A program made the position numbers and the translations under genes. Below the pieces are notes generated by a model, which had not been told where the DNA came from, ran no database searches, and saw only the letters and a list, made by a program, of their open reading frames with translations. Shown here one piece after another: positions 39,301-52,589 of a DNA stretch of 64,000 nt. Each line of letters opens with the position of its first letter. Within the stretch, counting starts at the first letter, position 1. Source of the DNA: the human T2T-CHM13v2.0 reference genome, Homo sapiens; the NCBI RefSeq assembly GCF_009914755.1, contig NC_060932.1; one strand, given 5' to 3'.

Positions 39301-40629
39301 TCAGTCACTCAGCCCAGGCCATGCCTCCTGTGGCACTGTCCTCTGAGAGGTGACCCTGATCTCTCCCACCTTCTATGCCATTCCCTCTCCTGTGCTCATG
39401 AGGCCATTCCCACCCACCAGCATCTCAGAACTTTCTGCATGCATTGTGTTTTCTAGGGCAGGCATGGTGAGTCCTTTCTGCTGGTCAAGAGCTGGCCCAT
39501 GGCATTTACTGGAGGAAGGAGGGAGGAAGCAAAGAAAGGAGGGACGAAATGGAGAGAGAGGGGCAGTCTAGGGGCTACTGGAAGGAAAATAGAAAAAGAC
39601 TTTGCCTCTGTCTAGGCAGTCCCCACTGCTCTAGCTCTTCTCCTGGGCCCTGAAACAAAGCTGCAGAAAAAAATGACTAGAAAGAAGCAGTCAGGGTCTT
39701 TTACAAGTTATAATGATGAAATTATTTTTAAAAGGAAACATATGCCCATGTGTATGTATGAAGTACTCATTGACAATGGAAGGGAGGCTCAGGAGCCTGC
39801 ATTTTAAATTCTCTTTGAAATAAGAGGGCAGCCATTGCCTCGGCTATCACTCATGGTGTCACTTTTAAAGTGTGACACCTTTGCCTGGGAAATCAGAAAT
39901 TTTCAAGTGCCAAGCATTTAAATGGCTTCTGACAGCCAGAAGGTGACAGAGGCAATTAGGCTTCATGTTTGTAACAGATGGAAAAAGGCATTTTGTCAAG
40001 TCTGTAAGACCTGTAGGAAAATATGACAGGTGCCTGCTCTGAACTAAAGAGACAAAGCCAAGGCTCAGGTCCTCTCCATTTCCCAGCAGAAGTGCCCGGG
40101 AGAGACCCCTTAGAGCGCTCCCCCACAGGGGCCTGGGAAGGCCTCCACACTGTGCCTCCACAGGCAAGGGGGACAGTTCTACAGCTAGACCACATGGACT
40201 GCCGTGCCTGTCAAAGATGTCTGCAGAAGGCAGGTTGAGTGCAGATTCTGTTTGGCACATAGAGGGTGGGTAGTGTCATGGCTTTGGAGAAAAATGGCCT
40301 GAATCCAATTCCCCAGCAGTGGGTGATTTGGGACAAAGTCATTTACCCTCTCTGAGCCTCACTCTTTAATAAAAGAGGCACAGTCGTGTCTCCCTGCTTA
40401 GTGAGCACAAACTGAGAACAGCATGTAAAGTGCTTGGAGCACACCAGCTCCGCATTACTTTTTGGTACCTTCCTTCTCTTTCCTCCGTGTGTAGACACAG
40501 CTGGTGAGTGATTTAAGCTTGCAAGTATAAAAATATACCAAGGTATAATCTCTCTCTAGGACAGGTTAGCAGTCCATTGTAAAAACAAGTTTTTATATAT
40601 CTATAGATTGTAAAATATCTATCTATAGA

Positions 40630-41745
40630 ATGCAAGGCAGAACTCTTGGACCTTGCACTAGGCAAGCATTTCTTAGATAAGACACCAAACCTCAGGCAGC
40701 AAAAGAAAAAATAGATACATCGGATTTCATCACAATTTAAAAAATTCTGTGCTCCAAAAGATGCCATGAAGAAAGTGAAAAGAAAATCCACATAATGGGA
40801 GAAAATATTTGCAAATTATGTATCTAATAAGGGACTTGTACCAAGAAAACATAAAGAACACTTACAACTCAGTAACAAAAAGACAGATAACTCAATCTGA
40901 AAATAAGCAAGGGATCTGAATAGACATTTCTCCAAAGAAGATGTACAAATGGGCCCATAAGCATAGCAAAAGATTCTTAACACTATTAGTCAGTCATCAG
41001 AGAAGTGAAAATTAAACCCATAATGAGATATTAACTCACACACACTAGGATGCCTATAATAATAACAATTTTTAAAAACCAGATTGTAAGCATTACTGAA
41101 GATATGAAGAAGTAAAAGCATTCTTTTATTGCTGGTGGGAATATAAAATAATGCGGCCACTTTGACAAACAGTTTGGCAACTTCTCAGAAGGTTCAACAC
41201 AAGAGTTTTCATGTGACCTAGCAATTCCACCCCTACCTATACATTCAAGAGACATGAAAACATGCATCCCTATAAGAACTTGTATGTGACTGTTCACAAC
41301 AGCATTATTCATAACTGGCAAAAAGTAGAAACAACCCAAATGTTTACCAGCCAATGAGTAGGTAAGCAAAATATGGTTTCTCTATACAATTAAGTATAAT
41401 TTAGCAGCGAAAAGATATACACTACTAATACCTGCTATAAGATGGATGAAGTAAAAGAAGCCAGACACAGAAGGCTACATATTCTATGATTCCATTTATA
41501 TGAAATGTCCAGAATAGGTAACTCTACAGAGACAGAAAGTAGATTAGTGATGGCCTGCGGCTGGGAGTGAGGGTGGAGAATGGGGAATGACTGCTAATGG
41601 GTACAGAATTTCTTTGTGGGATAATGAAAATGTTCTAAAATTAGATGTGGTGATGATTGCACAACTCTGTGACTATAACTAAAAACCATTGAATTAAGTG
41701 GGTGAATTCTGTGGTATGTGAATTATATCACAATAATACAATTTC
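40630..41745 (+). mobile_element. L1M (L1MB-like) ORF2 end plus 3'UTR, decayed
   Basis: gggagaaaatatttgcaaat, tagacatttctccaaagaagat, ttgctggtgggaat, gacagaaagtagattagtg, gaaaatgttctaaaattagat. Confidence 0.9.
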
Positions 41746-42436
41746 CTAAAGTTAGCTATAGATACCAAGAATCATAGTTTGAAATACTGGATAAATGTTT
41801 ATCATACAACAAAAATATTCTTCTTTAATACGGATGTTCATGTGGCACCTATTTAATGAGAAACTATTAACATGCCATGGAAACAACTCATTTAATACAT
41901 TTTTATTATCTTTTTGATGAAAAAAAACTATACCTTTTGACTCAGTAATGCCTTTGCATAAGGAAATCATCATGGATATGTGAATAGATTTAGTTATAAA
42001 GATGTACATTGCAGTATTGTCTGTAACATCATAAAACCTGAAACAATAATAGCCATCATTTATTAAATATTTACAATTTGTAATGCACCATACTGTTACA
42101 GGAAAACTTTCTCATTTCTTTATTACAACAATCCTATGGGGAAGCTCTCAATATTGTTATGTTCCTTACAGATGAAGAAAGTCTCAAATCAAACAGTTGC
42201 AAATCAGAGCTGGGATTTGTATCCAAGTCTATCATATTTCATTGCCTGCAGGTGCCCCTAACCTGTCTATAACATTCTCCCTAATAACCTAAAATCCTAA
42301 ATGTAATTAGCATGCTGGCATTGAAAACAATCTTGTAAATAAATAAGTAATGATACAGAATGATATCGACAATGGATTGTTAGGTGAAAAAGATAGGCTC
42401 AAAAACAATATGCTGTATAGATTTCCTGAATATATG

Positions 42437-42438
<2 letters not shown>

Positions 42439-42472
<34 letters not shown>
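42439..42472 (+). repeat. (CA)17 microsatellite
   Basis: Seen directly. Confidence 0.95.
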
Positions 42473-42478
<6 letters not shown>

Positions 42479-43599
42479 AGACATATTGGAGGCTAATAGC
42501 ATTTAACAGTGGTTTTCTTTGATTGGGAGGATTATGTGTAATTTTAATTTTCTTTGTTTCGTTCACTTGTTTTGTCTATTTGGGGACTGCTATTTTTGCT
42601 TTAAAAATTGCAGAGGGCTTTCTGTTTCCCCTTTAAATAAGCTAAGGTCGCACTGATGGATGTAGAGCAGTATATGACAGCCTTTTTCTAGAGTATGAAA
42701 AGGATTGCATTTGTGCCTATCTGTGAAGACAGCAAGGCTTATTGCTGGACCTCTTATCTCAGCCAGAACCACCTCCTTCCTCCCTCGGGGTGTGAGGGGA
42801 CTCATTTCTCTCCCACCTCTTATTGTCCCTGCAAAGGTTTTCTAAATGGACTTGGCCATGTCACTTGTCCACTGATGTGCTTACACAATAAGTTATAATG
42901 ACTGTTTCCATTTTGACAAGGATCAGTCATATTTTAGTGTGGAATTCATCTTTTAAATGTAATTTAAATTTTTTCTAATTAAAAATGTAACATTAATTCA
43001 TTGGAGACAAGTTAGAATAGTCTAAAAAGTATAAAAAGCCAATAGAACTCCTCCATCATTCACTCACCTTGAATTGTTAGAAGGCTCTGTGGATTGATCA
43101 AGTCAGACTATTCAAATAAACCCAGTGGGGCCAGGCAGCAGGAGGTACCCTGGGACTGGATGCCTGTGAATGTCACGTGACCTCCTCCAGCTGTTGAGAC
43201 AGCACGGAATCATGGGAAATGAAAACCTGGGGCCAGAAAACCTGGGTCTTAACCTCTTTCACCTGCTACTGGCAGGATTTTAAACTTCTTAGACTCTCTT
43301 TCTTGAGTGTACCGCAAATTCTTCTTGGAATGAAGTGGGCCGTACACAGAAGAATGATTAAGAAAGTAGCGGTTTCAATAATATTGGTTCTTCCTACTTC
43401 CTAGGATGGTAGTGGGAGTTTAAAGGAGCCAATAGAGGCGAGAGCTCTGTCTTAAGCAGAATGCAGCACGGTTGTACATGTGAATCAAAGCAACTTGGGA
43501 TAGACTCTCCCTTGTCTCACAAGGCCTTTTCAGTCTGCAGACATAACATGGTGTGTTTTTGAGCCCTATGGCATTCCTGTGATGGAGGAGCCAGGCTCC

Positions 43600-43629
43600 C
43601 CTCCTGCTCCTCCTCCTCCTCCTCCTCCT
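43600..43629 (+). repeat. (CCT)n repeat
   Basis: Seen directly. Confidence 0.9.
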
Positions 43630-43769
43630 CTTGCTGTCCCAGCCACCCTTGCAAAAACCTTGCTGATGAGTGGCCATCCACCAGCCGCTCATGAGTGGAA
43701 TGGAAAATAAGGGTCTGTGATGTGCTTGCTGTTTTCTCGGGTAGGTAGCACAGTGTGGGGGGAACAATG

Positions 43770-43960
43770 AAACCTTTATAATTCTAGCCCTGCTACTGAT
43801 CAGTTCTATGACCTTGGAAAAATTACCTACCCACTCCAAGCCTCAGTCTCTCTATCTGTAAAATAGGGATTCTAATATTACACTTAGAGGGTTGTTTTGG
43901 AGATCATGAGAGAAAATGTGAATAAATGATGTGGCCCTTAGAAGGTGCCTTATAAATGTT
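43770..43960 (+). mobile_element. MIR
   Basis: tgaccttggaaaattacc...cctcagtctctctatctgtaaaatagggat. Confidence 0.75.
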
Positions 43961-46914
43961 TAATTCTTTTCTGCTTTCCTTTAAGTAAACACACACGCAC
44001 TTTTTATACAAAAAAGAAGGAATAGCATTCACTAGGCCTTCTTCAAATCCTACATTTCAGATTGTCTCCTAGATCATGTCTATACCAACAGGTAGTTTTG
44101 ATGCCTTTTTTCCTATGCCCTAAGACTGGGATTTCAAGACGAATTGTATTAATTACTGTCCCTGTGATGGAAGTTTTGCCAAAACTGAAGTGTTACAAAT
44201 AAGAGTAAAACTCAGGCTTTTAGGGATCAAGAAAACAAGATGATTTTAGTGTAGAAAACATGCAAGAGAATACAAATATAAACTTGGATGTTTAAAAAAA
44301 GTCCATCTGTGCTTTAGCTTCCAGAGCTCTCTTCCTAAGCTGTCCTGGCTGCTCAATAGCATGCCACAATTCAGCTGGCCCACGACACCTTGGTGGCACC
44401 TTCCAGGTGTGGGTGAGTTCCCAGGAGAGGTCGGTGCGAGGGTGGAGACATGGCACTCTGGGTCACACACTACCCCTTTATCCTTAGACCTTACAAGTCA
44501 CTGATGGGCTCCCTGACTCAGATGCTCCCCACTCCAGTCCATCCCACAGTCAACTAGCCGAGCCACCATCCTGACATTCATTTCCAGTTCTCTTCTGTTC
44601 CGCATATGGTGTTCCACACCTTGTGCTGGGCTTTGGGGATAGAGGAATAACTACCTCCCAACCCCTGCCATCAGAAGCTCACATTCAGGAGGTATTGATG
44701 CTCCATCCTTTACTGAGGGCCTGCTGAGCACTACCAACCATTTTCAGCACTGAGAATGCAAAGACAAAGGACCCAGTGACAGGAAATTCCCAAGCCCTTT
44801 CTGTAATACCCCATTTAAAAGCCTTTATGGATTCCTCATTGCCCGTTGCCTAAAGGATACCTGCTCTGTGTCCCAGGGTTGGTGCCTTCTAAATCACATC
44901 TCTTACTTAGTCTGGGATTTAATGACCTCTGAAGTTTACTTCTCACTACACTTCTATGGAAATTCTTCTCTTCATTTAGAAGTCACTGGTCCATCTGCCT
45001 GCCATTCATTCATTTGTTCACTCCCTCACTCATACAGTCATTCACTCACTCATGCAATACATATTTTGAGTTCCAGGCCCTGTCCTGGGGCTGTCGGATT
45101 ACTTAGGACCCAGCTCCTGTCTATAACTCCCTTGGGTAATCAGCCTCTGACCCCACTGCCATCCCTGCCCACTCCCCCTCGGAATGGTCACCCACCCTGT
45201 TCCTCCCATTTATTTCCTCCCATGGAAACCCACTCAAGTCCTGATGATTCTCTGCAGCTTCTTCTGGGCCACCCTAGTGCCCAGAAATCCCTCCCTCCCC
45301 TGAATTCCCAAAGTGCAAGAATTCTTGGCTTACTCCTGCTGATTACTGGACAGAGCTCATCTGGAGGTCACCAGTACATATGTCCTGCTGGATATAGTAC
45401 ACATTTTTAAAAAGCATCCGCCTAAATGGGGCTTGAGACTTATGCTTCTTTGTGACTCACTTTGCCTGGAATAAAATAGAGTCAAAAGAAATACAAGGTT
45501 GATAACTCTCAGGTAATATTTGGCAATTGATTTCAATAAGCCAGCATTCAATAAGCCAGCTAGAGATAGTCACGTTTCTAGAGGCCCAGTGGTCTGGTGA
45601 GGGCTTAGAAGTCACACATCTGGTTTCTCCCAGGAGAAGCAGAGAGAAGCCCTGGGTTTGGAGTTGGAACACCTGGGTTCAGGTTCTGTGCAGCAGAGAA
45701 TTTCTCCCTGAAAAGACATAGTCCTTCCTACCTGATTTAACTTCATAGTGCTGTGGCAGGACATAAATCAAGAGAGTGAGCAAAAAAGCACCTTGGCCCG
45801 TGTGTGGTACCACAGGGAAGCGAAGCAAGTTGGCAGCCCCACAGCTGCTTTGCATGTAGAGGCACTTTCCCCCAAGTCAGACAGCGCAAGGGACTTGCTC
45901 CCCATCAGCCTAGGTTGTAACGAGGAGTTTCATCAAGTTACATTGTAGGCATTAAATCATGGATAATAACATTCCTAATGATGAATACAACCAACTTTGA
46001 GTGCAAATTACACATCAGGTATTTTCCCTCCATTGTCTCCTTTAATCTGCACATCAGCTCTGTGAACGCTGATCATAATATCTCCATTTTACAGGTTAGG
46101 AACTGGAAGCTCAGAAAGACAAAGGAAATTGGCAAAATGGCCATGGGCAGAGCTGGAATTAAAACCCCAGTCTATCTGGAACAAGAGCCATGAGCTTTTT
46201 ACTTTGCTTTGGCCTCACCCCGCACCCCCCGGGAACAGAAAGGAACTGTCTGCCACAAGCACGAGATGACACACTGGTTAGAACATGGAGCTCTGGCACC
46301 TGCAGCCTAGGCTCAAATCCTGGCTCTGTCACCCCCAGCTCTGAGACTCTAGGGAAGTGGCTTCAACTCTACCCTGGAGCCCCCTCTAAAGTTGAAATAA
46401 TACTGTTGTTACCCAGCTCCTGGGATTGCTCTGAGAGGTAGGTGAGCTTCTACACGTACAGCCCACATTCAATGCCAGGCACACAGGATGTGCTACTTGA
46501 ATGTTTGTCCTCGTCTTCATTGTTGTGTCTGTGCTGGGCACTGCTGCAAGGGCTTTGTAGGAATTAACTCCTCGATTCCACGAAGTGCCTGATGGATAAG
46601 GAGCTCACTGAGCACCTGCTTACTGGGCTTCCCATCCTTCCCCTCTCCATGTGAGGTAGACACCACTGTAGATGAGGATTCACATTCCAGGGTGGGACTG
46701 AGAAGTGCAAGGCGTGCCAGGAGGGAGGCGGAGTCCATCCAGAGGACCCTCTGACACATGGATGCCCCAGGGCAGAGCTGCCAGACCTCCTGCTTGTCCG
46801 GGTAGCTGCCCACCCCGCTCCTTGTTGCTTTGCTTCTTGGAGCTGCTCTGGGGAGGCTGCCTGAGGGATTCCTCCCGGGAAATGCTGCAGGGTCCATTTC
46901 AACAAGGGCAGCTT

Positions 46915-47575
46915 TGTGTGTGTGTTTGTGTGTATGTGTCTGAGTGTGTGAGTCTATCTGTAGGTGTCTGGGTGTGTCTATGTGTGTGTATCTTTGAGTA
47001 TGTGTCTATGACTGTGCGTGTGTGTCTCTGTGACTGTGTGTGTTTGTGTGTCCTTCTGTACTTATGTGAGTGTGTGTCTATGTGTGTGGGTGTATATTTC
47101 TTTCTGTAGCTGGATGTTTCTGTGACTGTGTGTGTTTCTAAGTGTGGGTCTCCCTGTGTCCATGAGTGTATGCCTGTGAGTTTTATGTGACCATGAGTGT
47201 CTGTGTGTGTAAGTGTGTATCTCTGTGTGAGTGTGTCTCTATCTATGACTGTGTGTCTCCATCTGTGGCTATGTCTGTGTGTGTGTGTGTTTCCATCTGT
47301 GGCTGTGTGTCTGTGCACGTAAGCATATGTCTCTGTCAGTGTCTGTGTGTGTCCTTAACCCACTTAGACAAACTCCGAGTCTCCTGGTGCTGCTTTAAAA
47401 CAAAGCAAGTCTCCTGTGTTGTGTGATTTCCAGCCAGTGGCTCACTCTGATCTCCAGGATTTTTAAAAGAGAAAGAGAATCCTAACTCCCAGGATCCTCT
47501 GAGAAGCGGTACCAATAAACTCCTTGATTGCGTGAGTGTGTCTCCGTCTGTGGTTGTGTGTGTGGATATGTGTGC
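46915..47575 (+). repeat. Degenerate (TG)n low-complexity tract interrupted by unique sequence at ~47352-47527
   Basis: TG/TGTC-rich from 46915 to 47351 and again from ~47528 to 47575. Confidence 0.9.
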
Positions 47576-48832
47576 TTGGCCAGGCGCAGGCCCTGACTCC
47601 GAAGCAACTACAGTGACTAACTGAGGTCAAGGCACCTTACCATGTTCGGAGGCCTGAGGAACAAAAAGCAGTGGTCAGCAATTGTGGTTTTGACCTGAAC
47701 TATTTTTAAAGTTAAAAAAACAACAGCCAGTGGAAACTCCTCGCCATTGAATAGCTAGGTCAGATTTAGATAAAGCCGGAGCCCAGGGCTGTGGACCTAC
47801 AGGCATGGCTGGGTGGACTGAGAAGACCTGATCCCTTTACATCCTGTGGGGTCCCGTGAATGTCACTGCACTAACCACAGTGCAGCCACAGCTCCCACTG
47901 TGCAGAGGACACGCTTCTTCACCTACCTGGCCTCATGCATCTTTGCAGCAACCCTATAACGTATGGTTGATTGTTCTCATCACAGATGGTCACTTGCCCA
48001 AGCCCACTTCATCAGGGAGTGACACAGCTGGGGTTCAAACCGAGCCCTTCTGCCCCAATCCCATGCTCTCTACACACCTCTGCACAGCAACTCCCCTCCT
48101 GCCCCCGAGTGCTTTGTCTCTAATCAAGTGCTTTAAAATGAAGGCTGAGTCAACCGTTGGCTTGCGTAAACACCAATTTTCCACGGTGAAAAAGGTTTCC
48201 TTCAGAAAGATCAATTTAAACAAAATACTTTAAGAGAAAGAAACATTCTCTTAGCCATCTTGCAATATCAGTGTGACCCACGCCTTTAACCACTTCCTCA
48301 CCATATCAGGATCCCTGGCTTTTTATAGCCGAAGGAAATATTGAAACCGTCAGTGGGGGCCCCATCCTGACATTCACATCTCCTCTCTGCCTGCCTGTGA
48401 GCCCTTCTGCTGTTTGCTATTCAGAATACGGAGTTTTGAGCTTGAATATTTTGAGTGTGTGTGTGTGTGTTTTCTTTTCTTTTCTTTTCTTTTCTTTTTT
48501 TTTTAATTTAAAGTACATCCAATGGTACTTAAAAAAAGTTGCCCTGCTCATTGTTGGAAAAATAAACCTGAGGGCACAAGAACTCAACAATAGGCTAAAT
48601 CATATTGACCCTTGTTCCTTGGGTCATTGAATTCCAGGCCTTGGCCTGGCTGAGTAGTTTACTTTTATTGCTGCTGCTTATCAGAGGATCCTGGGAGTTA
48701 GGATTCTTCTCTCTCTTTTAAAAATGCTGAGAGCAAAGTGAGCCACTGGCTGGAGATCACATAGCACAGGAGCCTTGCTTTGTTTTAAAGCAGGACCAGG
48801 AGACTCGGAGTTTGTCTAAGCGGTTAAGGACA
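47350..48832. repeat. Long inverted repeat: arms 47350-47519 and 48664-48832, spacer ~1.14 kb
   Basis: Manual alignment of the left arm with the reverse complement of the right arm gives ~17 differences over ~171 nt. Confidence 0.95.
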
Positions 48833-49594
48833 GAAAATCACGTGTATCTCCCAGCCCTTTCTGGAGTCTATGGACCTAGTTGCCAGGCATGTTCTGAGAA
48901 GCCCAGAGCCATTACAAAAGTTCCTCTGGCACCAGGTCTCACAGCGGCCGTGTCCAGGATCCCCCAATTCCATGCACTTGTGTTTTTCCTTGCCACTGGC
49001 TGAGATTCTGACTGGCCTTGCCTCTGACCCTAGCCACATGTCCCTTCTTGAGCTTGACAATAAACAGAGATCATCGTAACAACAGTGCCACCACCTTTCA
49101 TCAGGAACCTACCAGGTGTATGAAAGGCCACTTCACAGTGGCTCAGTGTTTGGCCACTGGGGTCAGATCCCAGCCCTGCCTCCTAACATAATTGTTACAT
49201 GGGACAGTAAGAGCAACCGACTTATACAATTGCTGTGAGGGTCTGATGAGCTGAAATAGGGAACCTCTTGAGTGAGTTTGTCGGAGCCCTCAATCCACAG
49301 TGGTTGCTATTATTTCCATCAGTGGCAGTAGCAGGGGTAAGAGCAGTGGCACTGGTATCACCACCACTGCCTCCCCTGGTTACCCATGACTCTTCAGTGG
49401 GCAGCCAGTGTCTGAGCTACGGGGAGCCCCATAGAGGATGCGCCCTGGAACTGCACACTGGTCAGGACCCCACTCAGCTCATTTGTTCCTCCCAGGCGGA
49501 TGACCCAATTCTACCAAAAGTCCGGGCAGAGATGAACTTCCTGGAACCCAGCTCCTACCACTTTCATTATTAGAAAGAAGAAACCTGTCGTTTT

Positions 49595-49857
<263 letters not shown>

Positions 49858-50395
49858 AGAAACCAGTCATTTTAACAGAGAGTACCCTGATTTTGATGAA
49901 GCAATTTACCCTTACAAAGACTGTGTTTTCGTCACCTCCTAGGTGGGCTTCCATTTTAAAGTCCAGCTCCATCTTAATGCAGCTTGCTAGTTAAGGAGCC
50001 CCCCAGGAGGTGCTGGTGGGAGATGGTTCTATCTTTGCAGAGTTCTCTTCCCAGAGGACTTTGCCACAATCTCCGATCCTCTTAAAGAACCATCAGCCCT
50101 TTGCCTCTATATACAAATTCATCTGCACAGCCAAGACTGAAGGTTCCCTTGTGCAGCACCCTCACTTCACAGGTTAGGAAACTGAGGCCTAGAGAGACAT
50201 CTTCAGTATCACACTGCATGCTGATATGCTGTTGACCAATCCTGATCTTCCCATTGTGTGCAGCCCCAGAATGGGTCCTGGGACTCCCAAGCTTGGAGGA
50301 AGGATGCAGAACCCTGATGTGGCACTGAGGGCTCCAGGTGAGCAGGGGCTGAAGATGATCTGAACCATCTGCCCTGAGCCTGCTTTCTCTTCCAG

Positions 50396-50560
50396 GGAGG
50401 CTCCGCACTCTCCCCGGCCGCCGTCATCAGCCATGAGAGGGCTCAGCAGCAGGCAATTGCTTTGGCAAAGGAGGTCAGTTGCCCCATGTCATCCAGCCAA
50501 GAAGTGGTGTCCTGCCTCCGCCAGAAGCCTGCCAATGTCCTCAATGATGCCCAGACCAAG
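50396..50560 (+). CDS. TG: Thyroglobulin exon 42, cholinesterase-like domain (GGSALSPAAVISHERAQQQAIALAKEVSCPMSSSQEVVSCLRQKPANVLNDAQTK)
   Basis: 165 nt, phase 0/0; acceptor ctttctcttccag|GGA, donor AAG|gtgagc; carboxylesterase-family CLR.kpa motif. Not in the ORF track. Confidence 0.97.
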
Positions 50561-51557
50561 GTGAGCACTTAAGTGCAAGTTGGGAAGGGACATTCTCTGG
50601 TCTTTTACAAATAGAAAATGAAGACCTAGGAAGGAGGTGTCACCCACCCCAGCCATACCACACATGAGGCTGATGACCAACTGGAGCTGGAACTCACATT
50701 CCCTAGCCCCTAGAGCTGTGCATGCACCACAGCCTGCAACAGTCCAAACATGGGCACTGAGGGTAGACAGATGCCTCTGCAATTTGTCTTTCTTATTTAT
50801 AACATGGGAATAGTTATACAGACCTTATAGAGTAGGAGGAGAAAATGAAGTAACACATGTGAAGGATTTGGCCTCACTCCAGGACCGTGGTGGGCAGGGG
50901 ACCAAACCCTTAACAGGTCACAGCTAGATGTGTTGAGTATTGCAGACATGGCTTCACAGATGGCAGTGTATTTGAGTCACTTCACTCCCTTATATGGGAT
51001 AGCTGTGTGTTCCCTTTATAGCATGCAAAGTTCTTGCTTGCAGACCAAATCTCTGGCTGGCCTTCACATTAATGAAGGGGACATTAGCAGGAATAATTGT
51101 CATGGCAATTGATGGCCTGATCGCCTTAGCAATGAGTCTGGACTCACAGAATTGGAGCAGGTCTTATTCTCAGCTCCCCTAAGTGCAGGCTAATTTGATC
51201 ATAGCTGGAGCTGGTGAATTTCACCTGTCAGAGTCACTGCCTCCTCTTCAACCACTGTCTCCTCCTGCCTTCCTCACCCACCTACAGGCTCAGGCTTTCC
51301 CATCCCTACCTGGGGATCTGCTGTTACCTCTGGGATGCTCCCCTGGAGACCATCATTGCTGAGAGTGAGATTCATTCACCCTCCAGCCCCTGACTTTGTC
51401 ACATGGTGTCCTGCCTGCCAGTTGTCCTGGTCACTTTTTCTCAGTAGAGTCATAGATGGATAACCAGTATTGGCATTCAGTATGGTTAAGACCTCTTTAT
51501 GCAAAGCAGTGCAACTGATTATTCCAGGACAACTGATTATTGTTGCATCCAATGCAG

Positions 51558-51725
51558 CTCTTGGCCGTGAGTGGCCCTTTCCACTACTGGGGTCCTGTGA
51601 TCGATGGCCACTTCCTCCGTGAGCCTCCAGCCAGAGCACTGAAGAGGTCTTTACGGGTAGAGGTCGATCTGCTCATTGGGAGTTCTCAGGACGACGGGCT
51701 CATCAACAGAGCAAAGGCTGTGAAG
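51558..51725 (+). CDS. TG: Thyroglobulin exon 43, cholinesterase-like domain (LLAVSGPFHYWGPVIDGHFLREPPARALKRSLRVEVDLLIGSSQDDGLINRAKAVK)
   Basis: 168 nt, phase 0/0; acceptor aatgcag|CTC, donor AAG|gtaagc; PVIDG.FL and LLIG...DDG esterase-fold motifs. Confidence 0.97.
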
Positions 51726-52589
51726 GTAAGCAGGGAGGGGGCCTCGGATGTCTCCAGCTGGGCATTTCCTAAGGGCTCTGGACCTCAATGTCTGACTTGA
51801 TCAAGAGATATTGACCAATTGCTGAATAACTACTGTGTGCAATGCCTATGTGAGTTTAGGAGGTGGTAATGGGGGGATTTAGAAATTAGACACTTGCAGG
51901 GTAGTGAGCAACACAGGCACATCCACAAATTACAGCTGTGAATGAATCGCTGTGGAAAACTGGAGCTGACCCAGAAGCTCTGCAGCTCAGGGCTGCAAGT
52001 TAGAATACCCACATTCTGGACCATGCCACCCATATTTCATGGAGGATGCTTGTTGTACTGAGAACTGAGAGATGATGAGGCAGGGAGATGAAGGGACTCT
52101 TGTTAAATCATCACCCTTTCCCAATCCTGAAAAAGACACTGAAGCACCAGGCTTCCAAGTTAAATTTCCTAGTAAAGAGAGCACGCACAATGCACCTGGC
52201 AAACACGCAGCTTTGTGTGGCTTGCTGGAGGCACAGCGAAGTGGGAGTGAGCTGTGAGGTCTTCAGTCTGCTTGAATGCACAGTTCCTGCTCTCGCCAGA
52301 AGTTACAGCCACTCACTAGGATGTGGCTAACCCTGGAAGAGGCTGAGCACATGCTCCTCTGCCCACCCCACCCTGCCTTGGACAAGCTACTCTTGGCCAA
52401 AGCCTTGTAGGTGGTCAAGCCTACAGGGAAGCCCAGTGTGCATAAAGCACAAAGAGAGGACAACTCTGGGCGTGGGTGGAGTGCACCTTCCCCTGCACAT
52501 GCATGACATGGGTCTCTGTTGGCTCTGTTGAATATAAGGCAGTCTAACCGGAATTTTATTAAATCATGAAAGCAACCAAACAGGATCCT

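Noticed and set aside
44868-45410. 180-aa ORF
   Set aside because: GTG start over decayed L2-like and low-complexity sequence
46705-47426. Cys/Val-rich and His/Thr-rich ORFs
   Set aside because: Translations of the (TG)n/(CA)n low-complexity tract
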